DNA of 64,000 nt from Sphingobacteriia bacterium (GTDB lineage: Bacteria > Bacteroidota > Bacteroidia > B-17B0 > Aurantibacillaceae): the NCBI GenBank assembly GCA_009927275.1, contig RFNG01000086.1:337-64336 (forward strand). Reading direction: 5' to 3'. Below, in pieces: positions 39,739-50,904 of this stretch. Positions within the stretch are counted from its first letter, which is position 1. The number at the start of each line of letters is the position of its first letter. The notes under the pieces were generated by a model. That model ran no database searches. It worked only from the letters and a program-made list of their open reading frames with translations, and was not told where the DNA came from. A program made the position numbers and the translations under genes.

Positions 39739-41642
39739 ATGTGCGGAATAAATGGCTTTATAGTTAAAAAAGGACCTGCACCGCATACCCAAAACTGGCT
39801 GCAAAAAGCCAATACAATTATTCGCCATCGCGGCCCGGACGGTGATGGCTTTGCACTCTTTTCAAATTCGGGTTATTCAGTTTATTACGATCAAATAAAG
39901 CCTAAACAAACGCAATCGTTTTGTTACATACCTCAAAAGCCCTTTGAAATTTCATCTGAACACTTTAAAGTAGGATTTTCACATCGCCGCTTAGCAATTT
40001 TAGATACAAGCGCTGCAGGGCATCAACCCATGTGTGATGTATCCCAGCGCTACTGGATAACGTATAATGGCGAAATATACAATTATATTGAAATTCGTAA
40101 TGAATTAATTGCATTAGGTTATTGTTTTTACACTCAAGCGACACTGAGGTTATCCTGCAGGCTTTTGCGCATTGGAATACACAAGCACTTAATCGGTTTA
40201 AAGGCATGTTTGCCTTTGCACTTTACGATACTGAAAATGCATGTGTTTACTTTTGCAGGGATGGCTTAGGAGTAAAACCCCTGTATTACTTAAATACACC
40301 CGAAGCTCTATATTTTTCAAGCGAACAAAAAACTTTTACTCAAAGCGGATTACTATCGGTTCGTGCCCATCCTGCTGCGCAACAGCACTTTTTATTAAAC
40401 GGCGAACCCGAAACACCTCAATGTAATTTTTTTGAACAGGTAACAGAGCATCTACCCGGAACAATTTCTGTTTTCCAATTAAACAGCAATACTATAAATA
40501 CAAGTACGTTTTTTAATATTAGTGATATTCAAGTACCTGTTGCGCAGAACTATGCAATTGTAACTAATGAAACCCGTAAAAAAGTAGAATTAAGCATTGT
40601 GCAGCATATGCGCAGCGATGTGGCCATAGGGACCTGTTTAAGTGGTGGACTTGACAGTTCAATTATTTTAAATGTAATGGCAAAATACCACCCAAAACCA
40701 TTACATTGTTTTACCGCACGCTTTTTGGGAAGTTCTGCAGACGAATGGAGCTATGCACAGGCCGCATCCAAATCACTAAACGTACATGCCATTGCTGTTG
40801 AACCACAGCAAGATGAGTTTAACCGCGATTTAAATTCCATGCTGTATGCCTTGGATGCTCCCATTTGGGATACCAGCACCTATGCACAATTCAGGGTAAT
40901 GCAGGCTGCACAAACGCAGGGTATAAAAGTAGTATTGGATGGCCAGGGTGCTGATGAATTATATGCTGGGTATGATCATTATTTTATTTCCTATTGGCGT
41001 TATTTACTATCCAATTTTAAAATATTTAAGGCTATTAAACATTTGCAAAACAGTCATAAATCAATACCTCAACCATTTATACTTCTTTTTAAAGACGTTA
41101 TTAAACAACATTTTTTACCACCCACAGCGCACCGGTATTTAAATTCTGATTATTTGGCTTCATATAAACCCGATATACAGGACCCAGTATCGGTATTGGC
41201 ATCACAAAAACATGACCTTACACAACAGCGTCTTTTTTCTTTTTTACGTTGTGAAGACCGCTGCAGTATGTGGCACAGTGTTGAAAGCCGAACACCATTT
41301 AGTGACGATCCCGACCTTATTTACCATGCACTTAAAATTTCAGATGAAGCAAAATTTCGATTTGGTATTCGTAAATCGGTATTGCGAGACGCCTTTGCAG
41401 ATTTAATTCCAAGTGCCATTTACAACAGAACCGATAAAAAAGGATTTGAAACCCCTTTTGAAACCTGGTTTGATTTGAATTGGAATTCATGGAAAACAGA
41501 ACTGATTGACCGGCGTTTTGATTGCGTTAATCAACAGCAATTGGAGCGGGTTAAACCTCAATCACAACGTGAAAAACGAATGTTATTTCGACTTTTTATT
41601 TTAAAACGTTGGGAAGATGCGCACCGAACTACTTGGACTTAG
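39739..41642 (+). CDS. asnB: Asparagine synthase (glutamine-hydrolysing)-type amidotransferase (frameshift near 40136)
   Basis: MCGI, HRGPD, HRRLAILD, YNGEIYNY. Adding one A restores SDTEVIL. Also LSGGLDSS, DGQGADE, DRCSMWHSVESRTPF, KKGF. Confidence 0.9.
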
Positions 41643-43608
41643 TAATTTTAAATTCTGTTCTTCGGTTTTCTGCACGGTGGCTATCATTATCATTTAATAC
41701 CAGGGGCTTTTGTTCACCGTAACCCTTATATTTTAAACGGGATGAAGCTATGTTACCCTCGGTAATTAAAAATTGATACACCGCTTTAGCCCTGTTTTCT
41801 GACAATGTAATATTTGCCGCTTTATCGCCCACATTATCGGTATGTCCCCCTATCTCAATTTCAACATTTGGGTTTGTTTTTAAAAATGCAATTAAAACCC
41901 ATAATTCTGCTTTGCTTTCTGGTTTTAGTACCGCTTGATTAACATCAAAAAAAATGTTTCGTAAGGCCACGCGAGAGCCTGTATCTATGGGAACCAGTGG
42001 AACCTGAATTATAAATGGATTTTTAAAATCCGCCGGCTGATCTTTTAAGGAAAAATGTGCACTATAAAATAAATACCCGGGCTTTTTTACTTGTATACCG
42101 TAATCATGTCCAGCGGTTAATGTAACTAAAAACTGACCATTAATATCCGACTGCAGTTGTGCCGCATTGATTTGGGTTTCGAGTGCCGTTAACGCAAGGT
42201 CCGCAGCTAGTGGTTCGGACGTTTTAGCATTAAAAACACGTCCGCTTACATAGGTAATTTTTTGGGGTTTTAATAATTCGGGTAAGTTAAAACGGTAAAT
42301 ATCTAAACCGCCCAAACCACCCTCACGATCAGATGCAAAATAGGCTTCGTTTCCACTTGGAGCAATAATCATGCTATTTTCATCTTTGGATGTATTAATA
42401 GGAAATCCTAAATTTTGAGGCTGTGACCACGAACCGTCAGGCTGTTTTCGTGATAAAAAAATATCAAAGCCTCCCATGCCCGGATGCCCTTTACTTGAAA
42501 AGTATAGGGTTTGATTGTCGGGATGTATAAATACAGATTGCTCATCACGGTCTGTATTTATTGGTGATGGTAATTTCTGTGCCTCGGTAAACTGACCCTC
42601 AGCATTCAGATGACTTTCGTAAATGTCCACTTCGCGTACTGAACCGTTACGCTGTGGTTTACCTCTTAAAAAATATAATGTTTTGCCGTCACTGCTAAAA
42701 CAGGGTTGGCTTTCCCACGCAGGTGTGTTTATAGCAGGTCCTAAATTGGTGGGGCGGCTCCAAACGCCGTTTTGCCTTTTGGTAAAAAATATATCACAAC
42801 TGCCATACCCTTTTGATTTTCCACCCATATACAGGCCATCCATTTCCTGTGAAACGGTTATAAACATATATTGACCATCGGCAGAAATACTTGGAGCACC
42901 TTCATTTCCGGTACTTGATAATTCTTGAATTTTACGAGCTTCCGTCCACTGTCCAAAACGGTTGCGTTGCGAAATAAAAATATCCTCCTGATAAGGATTA
43001 TAACACACAGCACAATTTAAACGACGTGTAAAGATAAACTCAAATTCATTAGAGGTAAACGACGGAAAATATTCATTAAGGTCTGAATTCCATTCTGCCC
43101 CGCAATTTTTAAATTCAACAGGTACTGGATGCTTTAAAGCTTCAAGCGCAAATGCAATGCATTGAAGTTTAAATTGACTTTCAGAACGATCTGCTGCTGA
43201 AATACCTCTATAAGATAAAAACTTTGTGTAATGCAATTGGGCTGATGCATACTGGGCGTCTGAAAGCTCAAGTTCAGCCAGTCTAAAATAATTTTCAATG
43301 TATAATTCGGGGGCCAGTGCAAGTGCAGACTTTAATGCCTGCAATTCTTCTGCATAGCGTTTTTGTTCTCGACATAGCACTGAAATTAAAATATGGGCTT
43401 CTGCAAATTGTGGATCTACCTCTAAAGCTTCATGCATAAAGCGCTCCGCCTCCTTGTCGTTACGAGCATCAAAACAGCGTTTACCGGCTTCAAATCGCTT
43501 TATGGCTTTACGTATTTTACTTGTATAAATACCCGGAGGTAATACTTGTTGTGCAAAACCATAGTAATTTAAAAAACAAAGGCATAATATTAAAAAAACA
43601 CGTTTCAT
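41629..43608 (-). CDS. PorE-like OmpA-family protein (TPR, PD40, CRD-like, OmpA domains)
   Basis: TPR ALEVDPQFAEAH; PD40 repeats (NEGAPSISADG, WESQPCFSSDG, EQSVFIHPDN, ENSMIIAPSG); IEIGGHTDNVG, LSENRAKAV, NRRTEF. Confidence 0.88.
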   Translation of the reverse strand: MKRVFLILCLCFLNYYGFAQQVLPPGIYTSKIRKAIKRFEAGKRCFDARNDKEAERFMHEALEVDPQFAEAHILISVLCREQKRYAEELQALKSALALAPELYIENYFRLAELELSDAQYASAQLHYTKFLSYRGISAADRSESQFKLQCIAFALEALKHPVPVEFKNCGAEWNSDLNEYFPSFTSNEFEFIFTRRLNCAVCYNPYQEDIFISQRNRFGQWTEARKIQELSSTGNEGAPSISADGQYMFITVSQEMDGLYMGGKSKGYGSCDIFFTKRQNGVWSRPTNLGPAINTPAWESQPCFSSDGKTLYFLRGKPQRNGSVREVDIYESHLNAEGQFTEAQKLPSPINTDRDEQSVFIHPDNQTLYFSSKGHPGMGGFDIFLSRKQPDGSWSQPQNLGFPINTSKDENSMIIAPSGNEAYFASDREGGLGGLDIYRFNLPELLKPQKITYVSGRVFNAKTSEPLAADLALTALETQINAAQLQSDINGQFLVTLTAGHDYGIQVKKPGYLFYSAHFSLKDQPADFKNPFIIQVPLVPIDTGSRVALRNIFFDVNQAVLKPESKAELWVLIAFLKTNPNVEIEIGGHTDNVGDKAANITLSENRAKAVYQFLITEGNIASSRLKYKGYGEQKPLVLNDNDSHRAENRRTEFKITKSK

Positions 43609-44476
43609 TTAAAATATAATTTTTTAAAAGGTATATAAGCCAATCCCATTAGTATTGCACTTGATATTAAAGATACACTTAAGGATTCATCTATTTGAGA
43701 CGTCCATAAGGCCGGTGTTTGTAAACTTGCATGAGGATATTGTACCCATAATACCACCGAAAGATTATGCGCAAAATGAACACTCCAAGGCAATAACACC
43801 GATCCGGATTTTAATTTTAGCATTGAAAAAAATAAACCAAATCCAAAATAATACATTGCTATCCAATACCACGGATAAACAGTAAATTCAGAGTTTCCTG
43901 AATGCAAAACAGCAAAAACCAGTGCGCTTATTACATGTGCTCCTTGCGGTGTGCTGAATGTAAACAGTTTAGGTAGCCAAAAACGAAACATTAATTCTTC
44001 AAATAACGTTTGGGCAGGTAATGTTAAAGTCCAAAATGCGGCAGCTAGCCACCAATGGGGAAAAGAATAGGTAAAGTGCCAATTGGTTTTATGAATATTT
44101 TTTAGCACCAAGGTTAAAGCCAGCATACATACAAACCAAATTCCAAAGCCCCCAAAGCAATAATTAAATACATTATTAGCTTTACCTTTTATTAATTCAA
44201 AAGCAGGTTTACGATATACTTTTTTTAAAATCCAACTTGCAATAACCAAAACAATTACAAAAATTAACATACTTAATATTAATGACGATGGTATATGCAC
44301 ATACGGAATAACAGCTGGAAACAAATGCTGTAATTGCCCTTGCATAAAAAATTCCATTAGCATCCAAGCCAGCAACACGGCAAAAAAACCAAAAGCCGAA
44401 ATTAAAACGGCGGGTTTATGAAATTCTTGGGGCACTTCTGATTTATAATTTTTAAAAATACTACTTTTGAGCGCAT
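43605..44476 (-). CDS. CPBP family intramembrane glutamic endopeptidase (start uncertain)
   Basis: FEELMFR, FAVLH, VHFAHN, multi-TM. The start is either ATG 44476 with a possible homopolymer frameshift near 44450-44458, or a downstream GTG. The tracked start 44537 overlaps the divergent gene. Confidence 0.75.
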
Positions 44477-45427
44477 GATACGGTATTTGGCCATTGGTGT
44501 TATCATCTTTATTACTTGGTATTGCACGCCTCCACATACTGTTTCAATGTTTAATAACGCTGTTGAGCTGGGCGAAGCACTTTTTAAAGATCCCATTTTA
44601 TCACGCGATTCTTCACTGAGTTGTGCCTCATGCCATAAGCCCGATTTTGCTTTTGCAGACACAAGCGCTTTAAGTAAGGGACATAAAGGCCAAAGGGATT
44701 ACGAAATACTCCCAGTGCCATGAATATTACAGATCATAATTTTTATTTTTGGGATGGTCGTGCAGCTACCCTTGAAGAACAGGCTCTGGGGCCCATAGAA
44801 AATCCGGCTGAAATGAATTTACCGTTAAGTTTGGCTATTCGCAGGTTAAAACGACATGCCCTGTATGCAAAGTCATTTTATGCCATTTATGGCGTTGCCC
44901 CTTCGGCTTTAAATTTATCTCAGGCTTTGGCAGATTACCAGCGTAGTCTTGAAACCTCTGACACGCCATTTGACCGTTACATGCAAAACCAAGACAGTTC
45001 GGAATTTTCATTATCAGCGCGGCGCGGACTTCAAATTTTTAACACTAAGGGAAAATGCTTTGATTGCCACTTTGGCTCGGATTTTACGGGAAACGATCAG
45101 TTTAAAAATATTGGGCTATATGATGGCAAGAGTTGGAATGATAAAGGACGGTTTGAAATTACTCATAACCCTAAAGATTTAGGAGCATTTAAAACTCCCG
45201 GACTTCGAAATATTGCCCTTACAGCACCGTATATGCATAATGGTGCTTTTAAAACGCTAACAGACGTAATTGAGTATTATAATACCCCCGATAAATTTGT
45301 TTCTGCATCCATTGGACGCGACGCGTTATTACAACAACCCTTGGGTTTAAGCGCTCAAGAAAAATCGGATTTGCTGGCCTTTTTAATTTCTTTAACCGAT
45401 AGGCGGTTTACACAAAAAAAAATCTAA
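44475..45427 (+). CDS. Di-heme cytochrome c peroxidase/MauG family (frameshift near 44696)
   Basis: LGEALFKDPILS, CASCH. Adding one G restores RNTPSAMN. Also FWDGRAATLEEQA, CFDCH, FKTPGLRNIALTAPYMHNG. Confidence 0.9.
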
Positions 45428-46173
45428 AAAACGCTATACAATACCGGCCGGCTTGGACTGGCATCATTTTCGATAGGTGCAATTTGCAGTTCTAACAAAT
45501 AATTTCCATCGGGACAAGAGTTGGGAACATAAACCAGTTCGGTAATGGTTTTTGAGGATTTTGAATTCATCGGATAATTCCAAAATTGTTTATGTCGCGC
45601 TAATGCACCCCCATCCGATTCACGGTCTACACTTGGTAAATCTATAAGCAAATGTTCTATGCCCCATGTATCTAATTTTGATATACAGAGTTCATCGAGA
45701 TACGGCGGATTGGTATTACTATAATTTTGATTTATTTTACTGATTCCATTGCTTAAGGTTCTAATGATAAGAGCCTCCGCTGGCCATTCTGAAGGGGTTA
45801 TATCCAAATCGGAACCACGCAAAATCATGTCTCCGTTTGCTGTAGTATGCGGTAAAAGCGTACATACTGTTGTTAAAAAAAAATAACGGTCAAAAAGATT
45901 ATGAACACTTTGAAAGTCTTTACTGATATGACCTGCTGATTCGGTATGCGTACAATGTGCATGGGGATTTACATGAAGGTCATTAAAATTAACACTTCCT
46001 CCCTGCGCTACAGAACCCACCCAAGAATCGCTAACAACCGGAATCCGTTTCATGGGAGGCTGATACCATGCCCTTAAACTGTGCTCATTAACAGTTGCAG
46101 CAATGGAAAGATCTATGGGTTTAAAAAAATCAACCTTAAAACTAACGCCTTTATGTATAATACTGGCAAGCAT
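45424..46173 (-). CDS. Cyclase family metallohydrolase (kynurenine formamidase-like)
   Basis: NPHAHCTHTESAGH, HLLIDLPSVD, TITEL, DASPSRPVLY. Confidence 0.8.
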   Translation of the reverse strand: MLASIIHKGVSFKVDFFKPIDLSIAATVNEHSLRAWYQPPMKRIPVVSDSWVGSVAQGGSVNFNDLHVNPHAHCTHTESAGHISKDFQSVHNLFDRYFFLTTVCTLLPHTTANGDMILRGSDLDITPSEWPAEALIIRTLSNGISKINQNYSNTNPPYLDELCISKLDTWGIEHLLIDLPSVDRESDGGALARHKQFWNYPMNSKSSKTITELVYVPNSCPDGNYLLELQIAPIENDASPSRPVLYSVF

Positions 46174-46967
46174 TAAATGGCAACCTCGGCTTTAATGTGA
46201 GGGTGAGGATCGTAATTACACAATTCAAAATCTGAAAAAATAAAATCAAAAATTGATGTTCGTTCTGAATTTATGCGCATTTGTGGTAAAGGCCTGCATG
46301 CACGCGTAAGTTGTAATTTTGCCTGATCTATATGATTTAGGTATAAATGCGCATCGCCTAAAGTGTGCACAAAAGTACCGGGCTTTAAACCGGTAACCTG
46401 AGCCATCATAAGGGTTAACAGCGCATAGGAAGCAATATTAAAAGGTACACCTAAAAAAACATCTGCGCTGCGTTGATACAACTGACAACTTAATTGACCT
46501 TCGGCAACATAAAACTGAAAAAAAGCATGGCAAGGAGGTAGTTTCATTTTAGGGATATCTCCTACATTCCAAGCACTTACAATTAAACGTCTGGAATGTG
46601 GATTTTTTTGTATGTCTGCTTCTACCTGACGGATTTGATCAATGGTGCTGCCATCTGAGCAGGACCAGTTGCGCCACTGGTGCCCATAAACCGGTCCCAA
46701 ATTTCCATCGGCATCTGCCCATTCATTCCAAATACTTACGCCATGTTCTTTTAAATATGAAATATTGGTATCACCTTTTAAAAACCATAACAATTCATGA
46801 ATAATGCTCTTAGTATGAATTTTTTTTGTGGTAATTAATGGAAATCCTTCCTGTAAATCAAAGCGCATTTGATATCCAAACACGCTTCGGGTTCCGGTAC
46901 CTGTGCGATCTTGTTTGGTAATACCATTTTTTAAGATATGGTCAAGTAAATCGTGGTAAACTTTCAC
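46173..46967 (-). CDS. thyA: Thymidylate synthase
   Basis: [45 protein letters not shown]. Confidence 0.98.
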   Translation of the reverse strand: MKVYHDLLDHILKNGITKQDRTGTGTRSVFGYQMRFDLQEGFPLITTKKIHTKSIIHELLWFLKGDTNISYLKEHGVSIWNEWADADGNLGPVYGHQWRNWSCSDGSTIDQIRQVEADIQKNPHSRRLIVSAWNVGDIPKMKLPPCHAFFQFYVAEGQLSCQLYQRSADVFLGVPFNIASYALLTLMMAQVTGLKPGTFVHTLGDAHLYLNHIDQAKLQLTRACRPLPQMRINSERTSIFDFIFSDFELCNYDPHPHIKAEVAI

Positions 46968-47019
46968 GCATTAAAAATACTTGGTATTTTATTATAAAAT
47001 AAAATTGTTCAGAAATTTA

Positions 47020-49920
47020 CTATTTTAAAAGCAGTACATGCCCGGTGTATTCTCTACGGCCAGCACCATTCATGCCAATTAACTTAATTTTATAGATATA
47101 TGTGCCTTCAGCCATAGGCATACCCCCAACCGTGCCGTTCCAGCCCCAATTGAGTTCACGTGTCATGTATATACGGTTACCGTTTCGGTCAAATATCTCC
47201 ATTAAAAAGCCTTCGGATTTTATAGCGGAACCCGAAATTTTAAACATATCGTTGAGATTATCTCCATTTGGCGTAAAACTATTAGGGATATATACTTTAA
47301 AATCATCAATAACCTCAATGTAGTCCATTACGGTATCTCTGCAGCCGTTTTCATTTTCAGACACTAAAATCACTTGGTATCGGCCGGGTAATTCGTATTT
47401 TCTTTGCGGATATATGTAGTTGCTGGTATCAAAACCTAAACTGTAATCATAGGTTGTATCTATTTTTACAGGTGAACCTCCCGTAAAAGTCCAGGCGTTT
47501 CGGATTACGGGCTGTATAGCGTGTAAGGGTTTAAATTCAACAATATCGGTGGTAGTAGGATTTTCAGGTGACCATGATATTGAAGAACCCGGATTGGGAT
47601 AAACTTCAATGGGAACCGGAAAATCAAATATGCCATGACATCCGTTTGTACCAGTTGTTGAAACCTGCAGTGAGTATATTCCAGGTGCATCCAAACAATA
47701 TTGAAAACTGTCCTGCTGGATTTTACGCACACCTCCAAAATCATACATTACAATAGCAGCCTCTCTTCCGGTTTTAGAATTTAAAAACATGCATAAAGGT
47801 TGACAACCGTAAGCTTTATCAATTGTAAATTTTGGTTTTGGCGGCTGGTTTACTTTAATGTCAAAAGCATGAGAAATTGAATATCCAGGGCACGCAATAT
47901 CAAAGGCTAAAATATTATAGTTTACGGAAGATAAAGGAATTGCAACTTTTTGTGGTCCTATTGGATTGCCAATATAAACCGCAGGACTCCAGGTGTAGGC
48001 ATAATTTTGACTGCCTCCCGATGCACCGATTTCCAAATAAACCGTATCACCAGAACATACCGTTCTGTCAAAAGGTCTTAAAGTAAATTCAATAGGGGTT
48101 AAGATGTCAATTGTAGTGCTGGCGGTTGTTATACATGGACCAAGCGATACGTTTAAAGTATAGGTGCCTGACTGATTGGGTTGGGTAACAGGAAACACTA
48201 TGTCTTTTAAGTTTGATGTGAACCCTGTACTACTGGTCCAGGTATATCCAGTTGCACCTGAAGGGCCATTAACCACTAAACTCGTATTATAGCAAGCTTG
48301 TTGACGATTTACCAAACTAAATGTTAAAACAGGATTAACCGTAAGTAAAGTTGTATTTGTATTAGAACATGAAATATTGTTTCCAACAAAAAACGCTGTA
48401 ACTGTATAAATTCCCGTAGCATTTGTACTGGGATAATACACTGTTGCATTAGGTCCAGGCGCATTAAAACCATTAGGACCGGTCCATACAAACTGATTTG
48501 CACCGAGAGCTGATGCCTGTAAAAACGCATTGTTGGGTGTACAAACCGGCTGTGTAGGTATAATTGAAATGGTATTTACAGGAACTACATTTAATTGAGC
48601 CGAACTGGTTGCCGCACAAGTTGTACTGTTTTGGCTAAAAATGGCCGATACATAATAAATACCCGATGCATTGGTTTGAATATTTGTTAAAACCGTATTG
48701 GTACTGTTGGCCGAAAAATTATTGGGACCATACCAGTTAAATGCAGACGCACCTGTGGCAGCAGCGCTTAAACTAAGTGTATTGTTTTGACAAACACTTG
48801 GAAGCATCGTAATAACAGGGCTATTTACAGTAATTACCGAAACTGTAATTTGAGCATTTCGTTGACAGGTAATTACATTATTGGTAAATAAGGCAGTAAC
48901 CGTGTAGGTTCCCGAGTTTAAAGGTAAAGCTGGATTTATAGTGGGATTTGCAATAGAAGCGTTAAAACTTTGCGGACCCGACCAGGACCATCCAAAAGCA
49001 CCTGAGGCTCCGGCGTTAAATGATAATTTATCACCTTGGCATAAAACTGTTGAAGGGGATGCAGAAACATTTATAGAATTAGTACTTACCACACTGACTT
49101 GCGTAATGGCAGTTCGCGGGCATTGAATGGTGTTAAAGGGTAAATTAGCTGTAACGGTGTAATTTCCAGAATTGTTTGGGGTAACACCTGTAAGTAACAC
49201 ATTGGATACATTTGTGCCCAGTGGGGTTCCGTAGGGGTCGTACCATTGGTAATTTACACCACCGGGTAAATTTGCCGTAAGCTGAACAGTACCATTTTGA
49301 CACACATTGCTTGGAGAATTTACGGTAATTGGAGTTGTTGGCGATACATTAATGGTGGTAACCCCTGTAGCTGTACAGCTGCCTGCAGATGTAATCAGAT
49401 ACGTACAATTGTTTATTGCAGACAAATTAGGTATTAAAATAACATTACTCTGCAAGTTATTGGCACTAAAACAGGTACTGTTTACATTGTAAAATAATCC
49501 ACCCGGAGGTGCTGTAATGGTGGCTGTTGAGCCCGCACAATAATTTACCTGATTTGTAAGTGATAGCGGTGCGGGTGGCACAATAGTTAAATTGATGGTT
49601 GCTGAACTGGCTACCTGACCTTGCAAACTTGTTCCTACACCGTTTAATGTAAACTGAAAATTTCCTAAAATTTGACTGGAATGTGAAATTGTAAACACGT
49701 TAGAAGCCAAAGCCCCTGAGGCCGGGCTACCGCCATTGGGCACCGATAAGTTATAGCTTACGTTTCCCACATTGGGCCACGTTGCAGTTACAGTAACAAC
49801 CTGATTTGGACAAGCAGTGTAATTTTGAACTTGAATTTGAGCATTTAAAACGTTTACAAAAACACTTGTAAACAGCAAGATTATCAAAAGCCTAAAATTC
49901 GATGTAAAATTCTGAAACAT
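47020..49920 (-). CDS. T9SS cargo with tandem Ig-like repeats, PKD-like domains and a type-B (gliding-motility-associated) CTD
   Basis: Start reassigned to ATG 49920. Signal peptide LNA-Q. Repeats of C-x-G/N...GA..Y/F.W.GP..F...SG.Y.VTA. CTD VYIPNSFTPNGDNLNDMF...IFDRNG...WNG...GTYIY. Confidence 0.9.
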   Translation of the reverse strand: MFQNFTSNFRLLIILLFTSVFVNVLNAQIQVQNYTACPNQVVTVTATWPNVGNVSYNLSVPNGGSPASGALASNVFTISHSSQILGNFQFTLNGVGTSLQGQVASSATINLTIVPPAPLSLTNQVNYCAGSTATITAPPGGLFYNVNSTCFSANNLQSNVILIPNLSAINNCTYLITSAGSCTATGVTTINVSPTTPITVNSPSNVCQNGTVQLTANLPGGVNYQWYDPYGTPLGTNVSNVLLTGVTPNNSGNYTVTANLPFNTIQCPRTAITQVSVVSTNSINVSASPSTVLCQGDKLSFNAGASGAFGWSWSGPQSFNASIANPTINPALPLNSGTYTVTALFTNNVITCQRNAQITVSVITVNSPVITMLPSVCQNNTLSLSAAATGASAFNWYGPNNFSANSTNTVLTNIQTNASGIYYVSAIFSQNSTTCAATSSAQLNVVPVNTISIIPTQPVCTPNNAFLQASALGANQFVWTGPNGFNAPGPNATVYYPSTNATGIYTVTAFFVGNNISCSNTNTTLLTVNPVLTFSLVNRQQACYNTSLVVNGPSGATGYTWTSSTGFTSNLKDIVFPVTQPNQSGTYTLNVSLGPCITTASTTIDILTPIEFTLRPFDRTVCSGDTVYLEIGASGGSQNYAYTWSPAVYIGNPIGPQKVAIPLSSVNYNILAFDIACPGYSISHAFDIKVNQPPKPKFTIDKAYGCQPLCMFLNSKTGREAAIVMYDFGGVRKIQQDSFQYCLDAPGIYSLQVSTTGTNGCHGIFDFPVPIEVYPNPGSSISWSPENPTTTDIVEFKPLHAIQPVIRNAWTFTGGSPVKIDTTYDYSLGFDTSNYIYPQRKYELPGRYQVILVSENENGCRDTVMDYIEVIDDFKVYIPNSFTPNGDNLNDMFKISGSAIKSEGFLMEIFDRNGNRIYMTRELNWGWNGTVGGMPMAEGTYIYKIKLIGMNGAGRREYTGHVLLLK

Positions 49921-49929
49921 ACCGCATTG

Positions 49930-49937
49930 CAAATATA
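49930..49937 (-). promoter_or_regulatory. -7 promoter element for the T9SS cargo gene
   Basis: TATATTTG on the minus strand, 9 nt upstream of ATG 49920. Confidence 0.55.
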
Positions 49938-50037
49938 ACCATATGTGTTAAAAAAAAAAGAAAATTAACTCAATTGAAGCCCTTATTAACGAAGTATAAA
50001 CCATTCTAACGGGATTTTTAGCAAATTTGCCATTACT

Positions 50038-50898
50038 ATGAAAGGTATAATTTTAGCGGGTGGTTCAGGAACCCGACTACACCCGTTAACGCTTGCAGTT
50101 AGTAAACAACTCATGCCGGTTTATGACAAACCCATGATTTATTATCCGCTTTCTGTATTAATGATGGCCGGAATTCGTGAAATTTTAATTATTTCTACGC
50201 CACAGGATATGCCGCAGTTTCAACGCCTGCTGGGAAACGGAAAACAATTGGGTTGTGCATTTTCATATGCCGTTCAAGAAACGCCTAATGGCCTGGCACA
50301 AGCATTTGTAATAGGTGCTCCTTTTATAGGAAATGATGATGTAGCTTTAATTTTAGGAGATAATATTTTTTATGGTGCCGGTTTGGGTAGCGCCCTTCAA
50401 AATGTTAATACACCAGAAGGCGGCGTGGTATTTGCTTATCACGTAAGTGATCCTGAACGCTATGGTGTGGTTGAATTTGATTCTCAATTTAAAGTTTTAT
50501 CCATAGAAGAAAAACCCAAGCATCCAAAATCCAACTATGCGGTTCCCGGACTTTATTTTTATAATAATGATGTTGTAGAACTGGCTAAAAACTTAAAACC
50601 CAGTGCCCGCGGCGAATATGAAATTACAGATATTAATAAAATATATTTACAACAACAAAAACTTAAAGTTTCTTTGCTTGACCGAGGAACCGCCTGGCTT
50701 GACACAGGTACTTTTCCGTCATTAATGCAAGCGGGACAATTTGTTCAGGTTATTGAAGAGCGTCAGGGTTTAAAAATTGGTTGTATTGAAGAAATTGCTT
50801 TTAAAATGAATTTTATTAACCGTGATCAGCTTTTAAATCTTGCTCAGCCCCTTATTAAAAGTGGATATGGCAGTTATCTCATACACTTAGCGGGCTAA
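50038..50898 (+). CDS. rfbA: Glucose-1-phosphate thymidylyltransferase
   Basis: [56 protein letters not shown]. Confidence 0.97.
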   Translation: MKGIILAGGSGTRLHPLTLAVSKQLMPVYDKPMIYYPLSVLMMAGIREILIISTPQDMPQFQRLLGNGKQLGCAFSYAVQETPNGLAQAFVIGAPFIGNDDVALILGDNIFYGAGLGSALQNVNTPEGGVVFAYHVSDPERYGVVEFDSQFKVLSIEEKPKHPKSNYAVPGLYFYNNDVVELAKNLKPSARGEYEITDINKIYLQQQKLKVSLLDRGTAWLDTGTFPSLMQAGQFVQVIEERQGLKIGCIEEIAFKMNFINRDQLLNLAQPLIKSGYGSYLIHLAG

Positions 50899-50904
50899 TT
50901 TTAA

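Noticed and set aside
47020-49920. CRISPR-like or tandem DNA repeats in the Ig-repeat gene
   Set aside because: The repetition is only at protein level; there are no identical DNA repeats with spacers.
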